A DNA stretch of 64,000 bases from Candidatus Aenigmatarchaeota archaeon (lineage in GTDB: Archaea > Aenigmatarchaeota > Aenigmatarchaeia > CG10238-14 > SpSt-28): assembly GCA_039000725.1 (NCBI GenBank), contig JAWBNO010000001.1, forward strand, positions 258,995 to 322,994, written 5' to 3'. Position 1 is the stretch's first letter; each line of letters opens with the position of its first letter. The position numbers and the translations under genes were made by a program. The notes beneath the pieces are model-generated. The model made no database searches and had not been told where the DNA came from. It was given only the letters and a program-made list of their open reading frames with translations. Below, piece after piece: positions 9,609 to 18,842 of the stretch.

Positions 9609-10849
9609 TTTTTCTTTCCTTTTTTAAGTTTGTAAAGAAGTAAAATTAGAGAAATTATAATCGAAATTGCGATAATATATTTCAAATAATAAAAAGGTTC
9701 GGTTTGAGATTTTTGCTGAAATCTAGGAGTAAAATAGGTCGATGTTATATTTCTTTCAAGATTAATTTTTATAATTTTTTCCAATTTTTCTCTTTCCCCT
9801 TTTTCATTAGTATAGTAAAGGTAAATTTTTAAACTATTGTTATATTTTGTTTCGTTTTCATTTATTCTTGTGGGATAAATATTTAAAGAAACAGAAGTGT
9901 AATCTCCCGGATTTATGTTGCCTATAAACACTAAAGGCTCAGAAAAATAAAAGTTTGGCTGTGAAGGAATTTCTAATACTACGCTATATGCTGTTGATAA
10001 TCCAATATTTCCTATGGAAAAAGTAACTAAATTTCCACTTACTTCTTCAGTACCAACAAAGAAATCAATATCTTCGCGAATTCTCAATCCAAAAGAAGAA
10101 TTTATAAGTATTCTTGAATTCGATTTATCTGTATATTCTACATAAATGTAAACTGGATATAGTCCTGGGTTAGCTAAAGAAGAAACAGAAACATTAAATG
10201 TTATAATTTTTTCTTCTTTTGGAGAAAGTTTTTCAATATAGTATTTGTTATCTGAGCCAAATGTCAAAAGATTTCCACTAAAATCTCTAATTGTTATAAA
10301 TATATTTTTTGCTTCAGAATTTCCTTCATTTGATATAGTTAAGTATAAAGTTTCACTATTACCTACTTTAATTTCTGTTGGTGATATAGATTTAACTCTT
10401 AATGCTGATGGACTTTGTACGTTTATCAAAGCGTACTGATAAATATCTTTACAACTAGATTCTTGGCAATACTCAATCTTTATTTTAACTCTATATAATC
10501 CGCTTTCTATAGAATTTGGAACAGAATATTTTAATAATACAATAGTTGAATCTCCTGGTGCTAAATTACCTATCTTAATTTCATTATCATAAGGCAATAC
10601 AATTCCAGGGTCGATATTAATTGCAACAACTTTAATATCTTGAGCATAATCATTACCAACATTTTTTAAATTAATGTAAATATAGCCATCAGTTCCTGGA
10701 AAGGAAACAATTGGATTTGGAGATATATTAAATGTTAAAGCTGGTGTTAGCAAAGCGGATAGAGATGGAGTAAAAATAAAAAGGAGAATAATAATCAATA
10801 AAATTTTCTTTATTTCAATCATTTTTCTCATCTTCCACAATTCTTCCAT
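9605..10849 (-). CDS. Secreted/anchored protein with repeated CARDB-like beta-sandwich segments, encoded inside the ABC transporter operon
   Basis: N-terminal signal/TM region, repeated V-x-N-x-G-N motifs (INLKNVGNDYAQDIKVV; LTISNEGNSEAKNIFITI), and a C-terminal TM helix followed by KKGKKK. Confidence 0.55.
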   Translation of the reverse strand: MEELWKMRKMIEIKKILLIIILLFIFTPSLSALLTPALTFNISPNPIVSFPGTDGYIYINLKNVGNDYAQDIKVVAINIDPGIVLPYDNEIKIGNLAPGDSTIVLLKYSVPNSIESGLYRVKIKIEYCQESSCKDIYQYALINVQSPSALRVKSISPTEIKVGNSETLYLTISNEGNSEAKNIFITIRDFSGNLLTFGSDNKYYIEKLSPKEEKIITFNVSVSSLANPGLYPVYIYVEYTDKSNSRILINSSFGLRIREDIDFFVGTEEVSGNLVTFSIGNIGLSTAYSVVLEIPSQPNFYFSEPLVFIGNINPGDYTSVSLNIYPTRINENETKYNNSLKIYLYYTNEKGEREKLEKIIKINLERNITSTYFTPRFQQKSQTEPFYYLKYIIAISIIISLILLLYKLKKGKKK

Positions 10850-11510
10850 CTTTTATTTTTATTACTCTTTTAAAATATTTAATAATTTCCAAATTATGAG
10901 TTACAACAATTATAGTTTTTCCATATTTTTCATTCAAATTTCTAAATATTCTTATTATTTCTTCACCGCTTTTTGAATCTAAATTGCCAGTAGGTTCATC
11001 AGCCAAAATATAAGATGGATCATTTGCCATAGCTCTAGCTATAGCAACTCTTTGTCTTTGTCCTCCAGAAAGTTGGGATGGTAAATGATCTTTAAATTTA
11101 ATTAGTCCAACCTCTTCTAATAGTTTTTTAGCTCTTTCTTTTCTTTCTTTTTCATCTATACCAGCAATCATCATAGGTAATTCTACATTTTCCAAAGCTG
11201 TTAAAGTAGGATATAAGTTAAAAAATTGGAAAACAAAGCCTATTTTTTTATTTCTTAGCTCTGATATTTCTTTTTCATTTAACGTAGAAGTCCTTTTACC
11301 TTCTATAAAAACTTCTCCTCTCGTTGGTTTGTCTAAAAGGCCAATAATATGTAATAAAGTAGATTTACCAGATCCAGAAGGACCAACTATAGCTACTAAC
11401 TCGCTTTTTCTAAATTTTAGATTTACATTGTTTAGTGCGACTACTTCATTGTTATCCATTTTATAAATTTTAGATACATTTTTTAGTTCAATTACATTTT
11501 CTGTTTTCAT
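10815..11510 (-). CDS. ABC transporter ATP-binding protein (MacB/LolD-like)
   Basis: Walker A GPSGSGKST, ABC signature LSGGQRQRVAIARA, and Walker B ILADEPTGNLD. Confidence 0.92.
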   Translation of the reverse strand: MKTENVIELKNVSKIYKMDNNEVVALNNVNLKFRKSELVAIVGPSGSGKSTLLHIIGLLDKPTRGEVFIEGKRTSTLNEKEISELRNKKIGFVFQFFNLYPTLTALENVELPMMIAGIDEKERKERAKKLLEEVGLIKFKDHLPSQLSGGQRQRVAIARAMANDPSYILADEPTGNLDSKSGEEIIRIFRNLNEKYGKTIIVVTHNLEIIKYFKRVIKIKDGRIVEDEKND

Positions 11511-11537
11511 TATAAAATAATGGAGAATTAATAATAT

Positions 11538-12398
11538 ATGAGCTATAGATTTGTTAGTGAAAAGATTTTAAAAAATATTTATAGAGAGAGAAGGGATTGG
11601 TGTAGGAAATACGATTTTGGTAATCTTTTAGTAATAGGAGGAAGTAAAATATACTCTGGCTCACCAACTTTTAATGCTCTAGCGGCTTATAGAAGTGGAG
11701 TAGATTTAGTTACAATAGTTGCTCCAAAAAGAGCAGCAGATATAATTGCTAGTTTTAAGCCGGACTTAATAACTTATCCTTTAGATTGTGACTATTTTTC
11801 AATTAAAAATTTAGATGAAGTCCTCGAATTAACAAAAAATAAAACAGCTATTGTTATTGGTGGTGGAATGACAAGAAGAGAAGAAGTTTTTGAATTTGTT
11901 TTAGAATATTTAAAAAATGTTAATATACCTTGTGTAATAGATGCTGATGCAATTCATGCTGTTTCAAAAAATCTAGAAATTATTAGTGGAAAAAACTTTG
12001 TTTTAACTCCACATTCTTATGAATTTTTTGTATTAAGTGGGAAAAGAGTTGGAGAAAACTTAGAAGAGAGGATTAACTTTGTTAAAGAGTTTTGTAAAAA
12101 TTATAAGTTGACAGTTATTTTAAAAGGACAAATAGATGTAATTTCTGATGGACAAAAAATAGCTTTGAATAAAACAGGTTGTAAAGTTATGACAAAAGGA
12201 GGAATGGGTGATACTCTTGCTGGAATATTGGGAGCTATTTTAGCTAGAAAAGTTGATTGTTTTACTGCCGCTTGCGCTGCTGCATATATAAATGGAAAAG
12301 CGGGAGAACTTGCCGCAAAAAAATATAGTGAAGGAATTATGGCGAGTGATATAATTGAAGAAATTCCTAATGTTATAAAAAAAGTTATAAAGTACTAA
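11538..12398 (+). CDS. ADP-dependent NAD(P)H-hydrate dehydratase (YjeF C-terminal / Nnr2-type carbohydrate kinase fold)
   Basis: Motifs IGGGMTRREE and KGGMGDTLAGILGAILA. Confidence 0.82.
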   Translation: MSYRFVSEKILKNIYRERRDWCRKYDFGNLLVIGGSKIYSGSPTFNALAAYRSGVDLVTIVAPKRAADIIASFKPDLITYPLDCDYFSIKNLDEVLELTKNKTAIVIGGGMTRREEVFEFVLEYLKNVNIPCVIDADAIHAVSKNLEIISGKNFVLTPHSYEFFVLSGKRVGENLEERINFVKEFCKNYKLTVILKGQIDVISDGQKIALNKTGCKVMTKGGMGDTLAGILGAILARKVDCFTAACAAAYINGKAGELAAKKYSEGIMASDIIEEIPNVIKKVIKY

Positions 12399-12412
12399 TC
12401 AATTGATTAAAT

Positions 12413-12598
12413 ATGAAAGTTGAAGTTGATAAGAAAAGATGCATTGGTTGTGGTCTTTGTGTTTCAATGTTACCAGAAGTTTTTGAGTTTGATGATGATG
12501 GAAAATCTTCAGTAAAGAATCCAAGTGGTGCTCCTTTAGAAAAGATTAAAGAAGTTGCAGGAATGTGTCCAGTTAAAGCTATAATAGTAAAAGATTAA
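12413..12598 (+). CDS. Small [4Fe-4S] ferredoxin
   Basis: 61 aa with CIGCGLCVSMLPEVFEFDDDGKS and a distal CP (CPVKAI), typical of single-cluster ferredoxins. Confidence 0.78.
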   Translation: MKVEVDKKRCIGCGLCVSMLPEVFEFDDDGKSSVKNPSGAPLEKIKEVAGMCPVKAIIVKD

Positions 12599-12624
12599 AA
12601 AAACGTAAAACTATATAGAATTTA

Positions 12625-13548
12625 ATGAAAGCTAAAGATTTGGAAAATTTTGAAAGCGTAAAAAGAATGATTGGAGAGTTGAATTTGTTAACTAGAAGTA
12701 ACAATACTAAGCTAACTTATTTAAAGGGTTTGAAAAAGTTTGTTGAATATAAAAATATTCAAAATTTGGATGAGTTTATAGAAGAAGTTAAACAAAAACA
12801 AAACCAAAATGAAATTTATAAAGAATATGCACTTTATTTGGCTGGAATGAATTTAGCTCCAAAATCAGTTGCAGCCTGGATATCCGCCTTAAAGAAATTT
12901 TTTGAGGCCAATTCTTTAAAAGTTGATATTGATATTCCTTTAAAAATTTTTAATGTTCATGAAGATGTTTTACCAAGCAAAGAAGAATTAAAAAGAATTG
13001 TTGAAGAAAGCGATTTGAGAATAAAAACTATTATATTACTTTTGGCTTCTAGTGGAATGAGAGTTGGCGAACTACATAATCTAAAAATTTCAGATATTGA
13101 TATAAATCAAGAAATTCCTACTATTAGAATTAAAGGAATTGGAGCTAAAGAAAGAAAATCAAGAATAACATTTATTACGCCAGAAGCAAAAAGATTTCTA
13201 ATAGAATATTTAGAAAAGAGAAAAATGGCTGGAGAAGAAATAAACGAAAACTCTCCAGTAATTTCTAGTGAAGATGGAAGAGAAATGAGTTACCAAAATT
13301 TACAATATTTACTAGAGAAAGCTTTTAAAAAATATGCAAAAAAAGTTGGTAAAAGATATAATTTACATGCACATTGTTTAAGGAAATGGTTTAAAACACA
13401 GTTAATCTCTTCTGGAGTTCCTGCACCTATTGTTGATAGATTGATGGGGCATCAAAGATATTTGGCACAAGAATATGAATTATATACGGAAAATCAACTG
13501 AAGGAATGGTATCAAAAGGGAATGAAAGCTTTGTATATTTTAGAGTAA
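12625..13548 (+). CDS. Tyrosine recombinase, XerA/XerCD-like
   Basis: Catalytic signature R (GMRVGEL), H-x-x-R (HCLRKWF), H (LMGHQ) and Y (YELYT), with an N-terminal SAM-like domain. Confidence 0.8.
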   Translation: MKAKDLENFESVKRMIGELNLLTRSNNTKLTYLKGLKKFVEYKNIQNLDEFIEEVKQKQNQNEIYKEYALYLAGMNLAPKSVAAWISALKKFFEANSLKVDIDIPLKIFNVHEDVLPSKEELKRIVEESDLRIKTIILLLASSGMRVGELHNLKISDIDINQEIPTIRIKGIGAKERKSRITFITPEAKRFLIEYLEKRKMAGEEINENSPVISSEDGREMSYQNLQYLLEKAFKKYAKKVGKRYNLHAHCLRKWFKTQLISSGVPAPIVDRLMGHQRYLAQEYELYTENQLKEWYQKGMKALYILE

Positions 13549-13549
13549 A

Positions 13550-13834
13550 TTATGGTCTTTTTCTTAGTTTGTTTAGTTTTGTAATTAAAGAGTCTAATGT
13601 TCTAGCTACATCTTCTCCTAAATCTGTTAGCTTAACTATTTTTACTCTACCCTTTTCTTCAAACTCAACTATACCTAATTCATTTAGTAAATCTAAAATT
13701 TTAATTGTGTGAGAATATGTAAGATCAACTGCTTTTGAAACCATTGTTATATTTTTTGGTCCTTCTCTCAAAGTTACAAGCAGTTTCGCAGGTTTATATC
13801 TTAAAAATATTTCGTGCGGGAAATTTTCTTTCAT
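13550..13834 (-). CDS. Small winged-helix DNA-binding protein (MarR/ArsR-like fold)
   Basis: 94 aa; HTH-like stretch ITMVSKAVDLTYSHTIKILDLLNELGIVEFEEKGRVKIV. Confidence 0.5.
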   Translation of the reverse strand: MKENFPHEIFLRYKPAKLLVTLREGPKNITMVSKAVDLTYSHTIKILDLLNELGIVEFEEKGRVKIVKLTDLGEDVARTLDSLITKLNKLRKRP

Positions 13835-13881
13835 AAAAAAATTTTATTATACTATTTAAATATGAATTTTTTATAACTCTT

Positions 13882-15558
13882 ATGACCATAAGTATAGAAA
13901 AATTAAGAAATGTAGCGTTAAAATATAGTTTATTGAATGCAAAAAAATTTGGAAAAGCAAGCGAAGACGCTGTCATAAAGAAGATATTTTTAGAATACCC
14001 GGATTTAAAAAAAGAAGTTAAAAAAGTTTTAGAAATAGTTAAGGATGTTGTTAGAGAAGTAAACTCATATAGCTTAGAAAAGATAGAAGAAAGAATTAAA
14101 GAGCTTGGCATAGTAGAGGAGAGAAAAGAAGAAAAAAAAGAAATTTTACCACCACTACCAAATGCTGAAGAAGGAAAAGTTGTAATGAGACTAGCTCCAT
14201 TTCCATCAGGCCCTTTACATATAGGTAATGCTAGAATGGTTATTTTAAATGATTATTATGTTAGAAGGTATAAGGGTAAACTCATTCTGTTTTATGATGA
14301 TACTATTGGAAGTGAAGAAAAACCAATAGATCCAGAAGCTTATCATTTAATTAAAGAGGGTTTAGATTGGCTAAATGTAAAATATTCAGAGATTTATTAC
14401 AAATCTGATAGAATGGAAATTTACTATGAATATGGAAGAAAATTAATAGAACTCGGGAAAGCCTATGTTTGTACTTGTAGTAAGGATGAAATCAGAAAGA
14501 ATAGAAGACTTGGAATCGAATGTTCTTGTAGAAGCAGAAAAATTGAGGAAAATTTATTGCTATTCAAAGAAATGATTGAAGGAAAATTTAAAGAAGGAGA
14601 AGCTGTAGTTAGATTAAAGACTGATATGAAACATCCAAATCCAGCCTTTAGAGATAGGGTATTACTTAGAATATGTGAAAGAGAACATCCACGTGTTGGT
14701 AAAAAATATAGAGTTTGGCCAATGCTTGAATTTTCTTGGGCTATAGATGATCATTTAATTGGAGTTACTCATATACTTAGAGGTAAAGAGCTAGTTATAG
14801 AAGACATGATGGAAGATTTTATTTGGGATATATTTGGTTGGAAAAAGCCGGTTTTTATTCACTACGGATTGCTAAAATTAAAAGAAGAGGGTGCAAAATT
14901 AAGTAAATCTAAGAGTAGAAAATTAATAGAATCCGGAGAACTTACCGGTTGGGATGATCCAAGAACTTGGAGTTTACAGTCTTTAAGAAAAAGAGGTTTT
15001 CAGCCAGAAGCTATAAGAAATTTTATATTGAATTTGGGTTTAAGCGAAGCTGATATTACTATGCCAATTGAAATTTTATACGCTGAAAATAGAAAGATAA
15101 TTGATAAAATTGCAAATAGATATTTTTGTGTTTTAAATCCTGTAAAAATAAGTTTGGATAAAAATGTTGAAAAAATAAAAATAAAATGTCATCCTGATTA
15201 TCCAGAAAGAGGAGAAAGAGAAATATTTATTGATAAAAATGAGATTTATGTCGAAAAGGAAGATTTTGAAAAATATAGAGGAAAAGAAGTGGCTCTAATA
15301 GGGATGTTTACAGTTTTACTAGAAGAAAATTCTAAGTTTATTAGTGAAGAAATTCCATATGATATGCCTAAAATTCACTGGGTCTCTAAACCTAATATAA
15401 GAATAAAAATTATGATGCCAAACGGAAAAGAAATTGAAGCTTTAGGAGAAAATTCTTTGAAAGAGCTTAAAGAGGGAGAGATAGTACAATTTTATAGGGT
15501 AGGTTTTTGTAGGTTGGATAACAAGGGTAAAATGCTATTTTATTTTGCCCACAAGTGA
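13882..15558 (+). CDS. gltX: Glutamyl-tRNA synthetase, archaeal type
   Basis: HIGH motif as [14 protein letters not shown] motif as KLSKSKS, and the archaeal-type N-terminal extension. Confidence 0.9.
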   Translation: MTISIEKLRNVALKYSLLNAKKFGKASEDAVIKKIFLEYPDLKKEVKKVLEIVKDVVREVNSYSLEKIEERIKELGIVEERKEEKKEILPPLPNAEEGKVVMRLAPFPSGPLHIGNARMVILNDYYVRRYKGKLILFYDDTIGSEEKPIDPEAYHLIKEGLDWLNVKYSEIYYKSDRMEIYYEYGRKLIELGKAYVCTCSKDEIRKNRRLGIECSCRSRKIEENLLLFKEMIEGKFKEGEAVVRLKTDMKHPNPAFRDRVLLRICEREHPRVGKKYRVWPMLEFSWAIDDHLIGVTHILRGKELVIEDMMEDFIWDIFGWKKPVFIHYGLLKLKEEGAKLSKSKSRKLIESGELTGWDDPRTWSLQSLRKRGFQPEAIRNFILNLGLSEADITMPIEILYAENRKIIDKIANRYFCVLNPVKISLDKNVEKIKIKCHPDYPERGEREIFIDKNEIYVEKEDFEKYRGKEVALIGMFTVLLEENSKFISEEIPYDMPKIHWVSKPNIRIKIMMPNGKEIEALGENSLKELKEGEIVQFYRVGFCRLDNKGKMLFYFAHK

Positions 15559-15599
15559 AGCAAGTTTTAAAAACTTAAATTCAATTAAAATAATTAAGA

Positions 15600-15609
15600 T
15601 GAGGAGGGG
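15600..15609 (+). promoter_or_regulatory. Shine-Dalgarno-like element (GAGGAGGGGT) 8 nt upstream of the L7Ae ATG
   Basis: Purine-rich stretch complementary to the 3' end of archaeal 16S rRNA (CCUCC). Confidence 0.4.
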
Positions 15610-15616
15610 TGATAAG

Positions 15617-15985
15617 ATGGCTAAAGCATATGTTAAATTTAATGTACCCGAAGAGCTTATGAAGAAAACCCTACAATTGGTTGAAATAGCAAGAACTACG
15701 GGAAAAATTAAAAAAGGTACTAATGAAACTACTAAAGCTATAGATAGAGGAGAGGCAAAATTAGCAATAATAGCTATGGATGTAGAGCCTGAGGAAATTG
15801 TTATGCATTTACCACCTTTGTGCGAAGAAAAAGGTGTTCCATATACATACGTTGCTTCTAAGCAAGAGTTAGGCAAAGCAGCAGGAATAGATGTGGCAGC
15901 AGCTTCGGTAGCTATTATAAATCCAGGAGAAGGAGGAAAGTTAATGGAAGAAATAATATCTCAAATAAAGAAAATTAAGGCTTGA
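15617..15985 (+). CDS. rpl7ae: 50S ribosomal protein L7Ae (kink-turn binder)
   Basis: [45 protein letters not shown]. The start is placed at MAKAYVKF, which has a GAGGAGGGG Shine-Dalgarno-like element upstream. The ORF-track start at 15545 overlaps gltX. Confidence 0.9.
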   Translation: MAKAYVKFNVPEELMKKTLQLVEIARTTGKIKKGTNETTKAIDRGEAKLAIIAMDVEPEEIVMHLPPLCEEKGVPYTYVASKQELGKAAGIDVAAASVAIINPGEGGKLMEEIISQIKKIKA

Positions 15986-16200
15986 TGCGGATGACAAAAG
16001 ATGCCTATCCGGCAGAGGTTATAGAAATATTGGGTACTTCTGGTGTGAAAGGAGTAAGGCAGGTTAGATGTAGGTTGATTGAAGGACCAGAAAAAGGAAA
16101 AATTTTAATAAGAAATGTTGTTGGACCTGTTAGGGTTGGGGATGTATTAATGTTAAGAGAGATAGAAATGGAAACAGCAATGAGGTTAGAGCAAAAGTGA
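15982..16200 (+). CDS. rps28e: 30S ribosomal protein S28e
   Basis: [46 protein letters not shown] is highly conserved in S28e. Confidence 0.9.
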   Translation: MMRMTKDAYPAEVIEILGTSGVKGVRQVRCRLIEGPEKGKILIRNVVGPVRVGDVLMLREIEMETAMRLEQK

Positions 16201-16204
16201 TAAT

Positions 16205-16366
16205 ATGAAATGTAACTTTTGTAATTCAAAGATAGAAGAAGGTACTGGTAAAATTTTTGTAAGAAATAGTGGAGAAATATTATACTTTTGTTCAAAAAAG
16301 TGTGAAAGATACTATCTAATGGGTAGAAAAAAAGAAAAACTAAAATGGGTTAGAAAAAATCAATAA
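16205..16366 (+). CDS. rpl24e: 50S ribosomal protein L24e (53 aa, absent from the ORF track because it is under 60 aa)
   Basis: Hand translation gives MKCNFCNSKIEEGTGKIFVRNSGEILYFCSKKCERYYLMGRKKEKLKWVRKNQ, a C4 zinc-ribbon L24e. It completes the conserved L7Ae-S28e-L24e operon. Confidence 0.8.
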   Translation: MKCNFCNSKIEEGTGKIFVRNSGEILYFCSKKCERYYLMGRKKEKLKWVRKNQ

Positions 16367-16402
16367 AGATTAATTAAATTTCGCTTTCTTTGGTGAATTA
16401 TA

Positions 16403-17416
16403 ATGAGATTTAGTGTAGAATATGATGATGATAGTTTTGAAAAAACCGTAAGTATTTTAAAAAATTTTGCAGGTAAAGAGGTTAGTTTATTTGAAATTGA
16501 AAAGGAATGTATAAAAAACAACATAATTTCTACAGATTATCTATTCATACTTCTACAACATCTAAATATTAAAGGTGTGGTAGAGGCCAATAAAGGGATA
16601 ATAAAAATAAGGGAAGAAATTGGAAAAGAAATAATTGAGGAGGCCAGAGAAATTATAAAAAGAAAACTATCATCAGTTTATAAGCTATTTCTTACTCCCT
16701 TGGAAGTTGCAAAATTCTTTCAATGTCCAAGAAGATTGTGGCTAGAAAAAATAGTTTTGGCCAAACAAGAAAAAGAAAAGGTGGGAAAAGTATGGGATGG
16801 TGAAGCCTTACATCTATCTATTAAAAATTTTATTGAGAATCTAGGAAAAAAAGAAGAAAATGTACTAATAAAAGAAAGTGTAAATTATGGTTTAAAAATT
16901 TTTGAAGGGGCAGTTCAAATTAAATCTGAGGAAATGGAGGAGATAGTTAAAAAATTTATGGAAGAAATAAAGAGAGAAAACTTTGATTTAATTTTACCAG
17001 AGAGGACAATTTTTAGTATTAGGTTGGGATTAATAGGTTCGATAGACTTAATAGCCTTTAAGGGAGAAGACTTGTATCCAATTGAAATAAAACACGCTTC
17101 ATATAGGGGGAGAATTAAAAGAGAACATTTAATTCAGAGTATAGGCGAAGCTTTACTTTTAGGAAACTATTTTAGAACCCACATCAAACATTCGTTCATA
17201 TTCTATTCTCAAACTAACAGCCTAGTGAAAATCGATATTAGTAAAAAAAATGTTGAAAATTTCATGAGAACAATTTCAAAGATATTTAGGATTTATTCAT
17301 CCAATAGAATACCGCCCAAGTCTAGATTACCAAATTATAGAGAAAGAGTGTGTAAAGGTTGCCATGTTAAATTAGCTTGCGATAATATAGAAAAAATTAG
17401 AAAAAGAAAGGTTTAA
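16403..17416 (+). CDS. Cas4-family PD-(D/E)XK nuclease with an Fe-S cluster, fused to an N-terminal wHTH-like domain; solo, with no CRISPR context
   Basis: N-terminal Cys in FQCPRRLWL, G..H (DGEALH), motif II GSIDLIAF, motif III PIEIKH, QSIGEALLLGNY, and the C-terminal C-x2-C-x5-C (CKGCHVKLAC). Residues 1-90 form a separate alpha/beta domain. Confidence 0.62.
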   Translation: MRFSVEYDDDSFEKTVSILKNFAGKEVSLFEIEKECIKNNIISTDYLFILLQHLNIKGVVEANKGIIKIREEIGKEIIEEAREIIKRKLSSVYKLFLTPLEVAKFFQCPRRLWLEKIVLAKQEKEKVGKVWDGEALHLSIKNFIENLGKKEENVLIKESVNYGLKIFEGAVQIKSEEMEEIVKKFMEEIKRENFDLILPERTIFSIRLGLIGSIDLIAFKGEDLYPIEIKHASYRGRIKREHLIQSIGEALLLGNYFRTHIKHSFIFYSQTNSLVKIDISKKNVENFMRTISKIFRIYSSNRIPPKSRLPNYRERVCKGCHVKLACDNIEKIRKRKV

Positions 17417-17445
17417 TTTTTTCTTTTTTTATTTCATATATATAA

Positions 17446-17517
17446 GGGCCGGTAGATCAATGGTAGATCGCCGCTCTTGCAAAGCGGAGGCTCCGGGTTC
17501 GAATCCCGGCCGGTCCA
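17446..17517 (+). tRNA. tRNA-Ala (anticodon TGC)
   Basis: Acceptor GGGCCGG/CCGGTCC with the G3:U70 Ala identity pair; anticodon loop CTTGCAA; T-arm CCGGG-TTCGAAT-CCCGG; discriminator A. Confidence 0.9.
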
Positions 17518-17693
17518 ACACATATTTAAAAAAGCTTATAAACAAGTTTTATACTAAAATTTTATTGAGGTGAAAATTGAAGTGCGGAGTAGTGAAGAAA
17601 TAGAGAAAAAACTCAAAGAGTTATTAAATGCTAAAAATGAGATCGAACTGTATAATGAGTTTGGAATTAGAAATATAGATGAGTTTAATATGG

Positions 17694-18191
17694 CTATAAA
17701 GGTTTTGAAATGGGTTTTAGAAAGTAATGGTAAGGAGAAGAAAGATAAGGTTTAGATTCTCTTTTTCTGAAGAGATTTTCATAAAATTCTGTACTATCTC
17801 CTTCTAATAAATATAGTAAATCGATTTTTTTAGGATAGTGTTTTATTAGATCTTTGATATAATCGGTTGCGTCCTCTTCCCAATTATCGTAAATTTCATA
17901 ACACTTAACTATCTTTAATAAATAAAGTGTATAGAACGGATGAGGATATTTAGTGAAGTTAGTATAAATGATGAGTGAAGAATTATCAAAGTTGTTTGTA
18001 TATATAAAGGTTAACTCATTTTTTTTATCTAACATTATGTATAAAATTTCGTAGTCTAAGCTTTCCATTAAAGTTTCTAGGGCATCAGGAAATAGTAAAA
18101 AGTCGTTTGGATGTTCATAGATTACTGGAAGAAATTGATCCGGATAATCTAAAACTTCATATTTAATTTTATCTTCTTCACTAAGACTCAT
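17694..18191 (-). CDS. Hypothetical protein (Tyr/Asp-rich, no recognisable domain)
   Basis: 165-aa ORF between tRNA-Ala and nfi. It overlaps a 61-aa plus-strand ORF (17570..17755), and only one of the two is likely real. Confidence 0.4.
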   Translation of the reverse strand: MSLSEEDKIKYEVLDYPDQFLPVIYEHPNDFLLFPDALETLMESLDYEILYIMLDKKNELTFIYTNNFDNSSLIIYTNFTKYPHPFYTLYLLKIVKCYEIYDNWEEDATDYIKDLIKHYPKKIDLLYLLEGDSTEFYENLFRKRESKPYLSSPYHYFLKPISKPL

Positions 18192-18217
18192 ATTATAAAT
18201 TGTAGTAAAAAATAAAA

Positions 18218-18811
18218 ATGAAAGTTTATGAAAATTTGATTGAAGCCCAAGAATGCTTTGCTAAAAAAGTAAAATTTAAGAAAGTTAAAAATATTGAAAG
18301 AATTTTATGTTTAGATGCTGCATATAAAAAAGATAAAGTTGTTACTGTGGCTGTTCTTTATGATTTAAAAAAGGATGAAGTGTTAGAGGTTTATTATAGA
18401 AAAGATTTAGTAAGATTCCCATATGTACCAGGTTTATTGTTTTTTAGAGAAGGTAATTTTATGGTAAAACTTATTAAAAAAGTTAAAAAGAAATATGATT
18501 TGATTATTGTTGATGGACATGGTTTATCTCATCCTAGAATGGCAGGATTAGCTACTTATGTCGGAGTTATAACAAATAAACCAACTATTGGAATAGCAAA
18601 AAAATATTTGTTTGGAGATGTTATTGATGACATTATTTATTTAAATAACACCAAAGTTGGTATAAAAATTAATAGATATTACTTTAGTATAGGTTCTAAC
18701 ATAGATTTTGATAGCTTAAAAATTTTTATAGAAAAAATTAATTTTACCTATCCAAAGGCAATGAAGATTGCTGACAAGCTTTCTAAATGTTTGGCAAATA
18801 AATTATTATAA
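18218..18811 (+). CDS. nfi: Endonuclease V
   Basis: LCLDAAY, VVDGHGLSHPRMAGLATYVGV and PTIGIAKK motifs. Confidence 0.85.
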   Translation: MKVYENLIEAQECFAKKVKFKKVKNIERILCLDAAYKKDKVVTVAVLYDLKKDEVLEVYYRKDLVRFPYVPGLLFFREGNFMVKLIKKVKKKYDLIIVDGHGLSHPRMAGLATYVGVITNKPTIGIAKKYLFGDVIDDIIYLNNTKVGIKINRYYFSIGSNIDFDSLKIFIEKINFTYPKAMKIADKLSKCLANKLL

Positions 18812-18842
18812 AAGGTTAAAAACTTAAAAAATAGATTAAAAT

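Noticed and set aside
12625-13548. Integrase as a marker of a provirus or integrated plasmid.
   Set aside because: No capsid, replication or other mobile-element genes flank it. The neighbours are housekeeping genes (NAD(P)HX dehydratase, ferredoxin, gltX), so XerA is the simpler call. It is kept as a low-interest finding.
16005-16295. 96-aa minus-strand ORF in the track.
   Set aside because: It is antisense to S28e and L24e, which have unmistakable conserved sequences. It is low-complexity and spurious.
17446-17517. tRNA-Ala as the attachment site of an integrated element.
   Set aside because: No duplicated tRNA 3' segment (att repeat) was found downstream by eye, and the adjacent region is only about 700 bp before nfi.
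17570-17755. 61-aa plus-strand ORF after tRNA-Ala.
   Set aside because: It overlaps the longer 165-aa minus-strand ORF and has no motif. It is kept only as a note, because at most one of the two is likely real.
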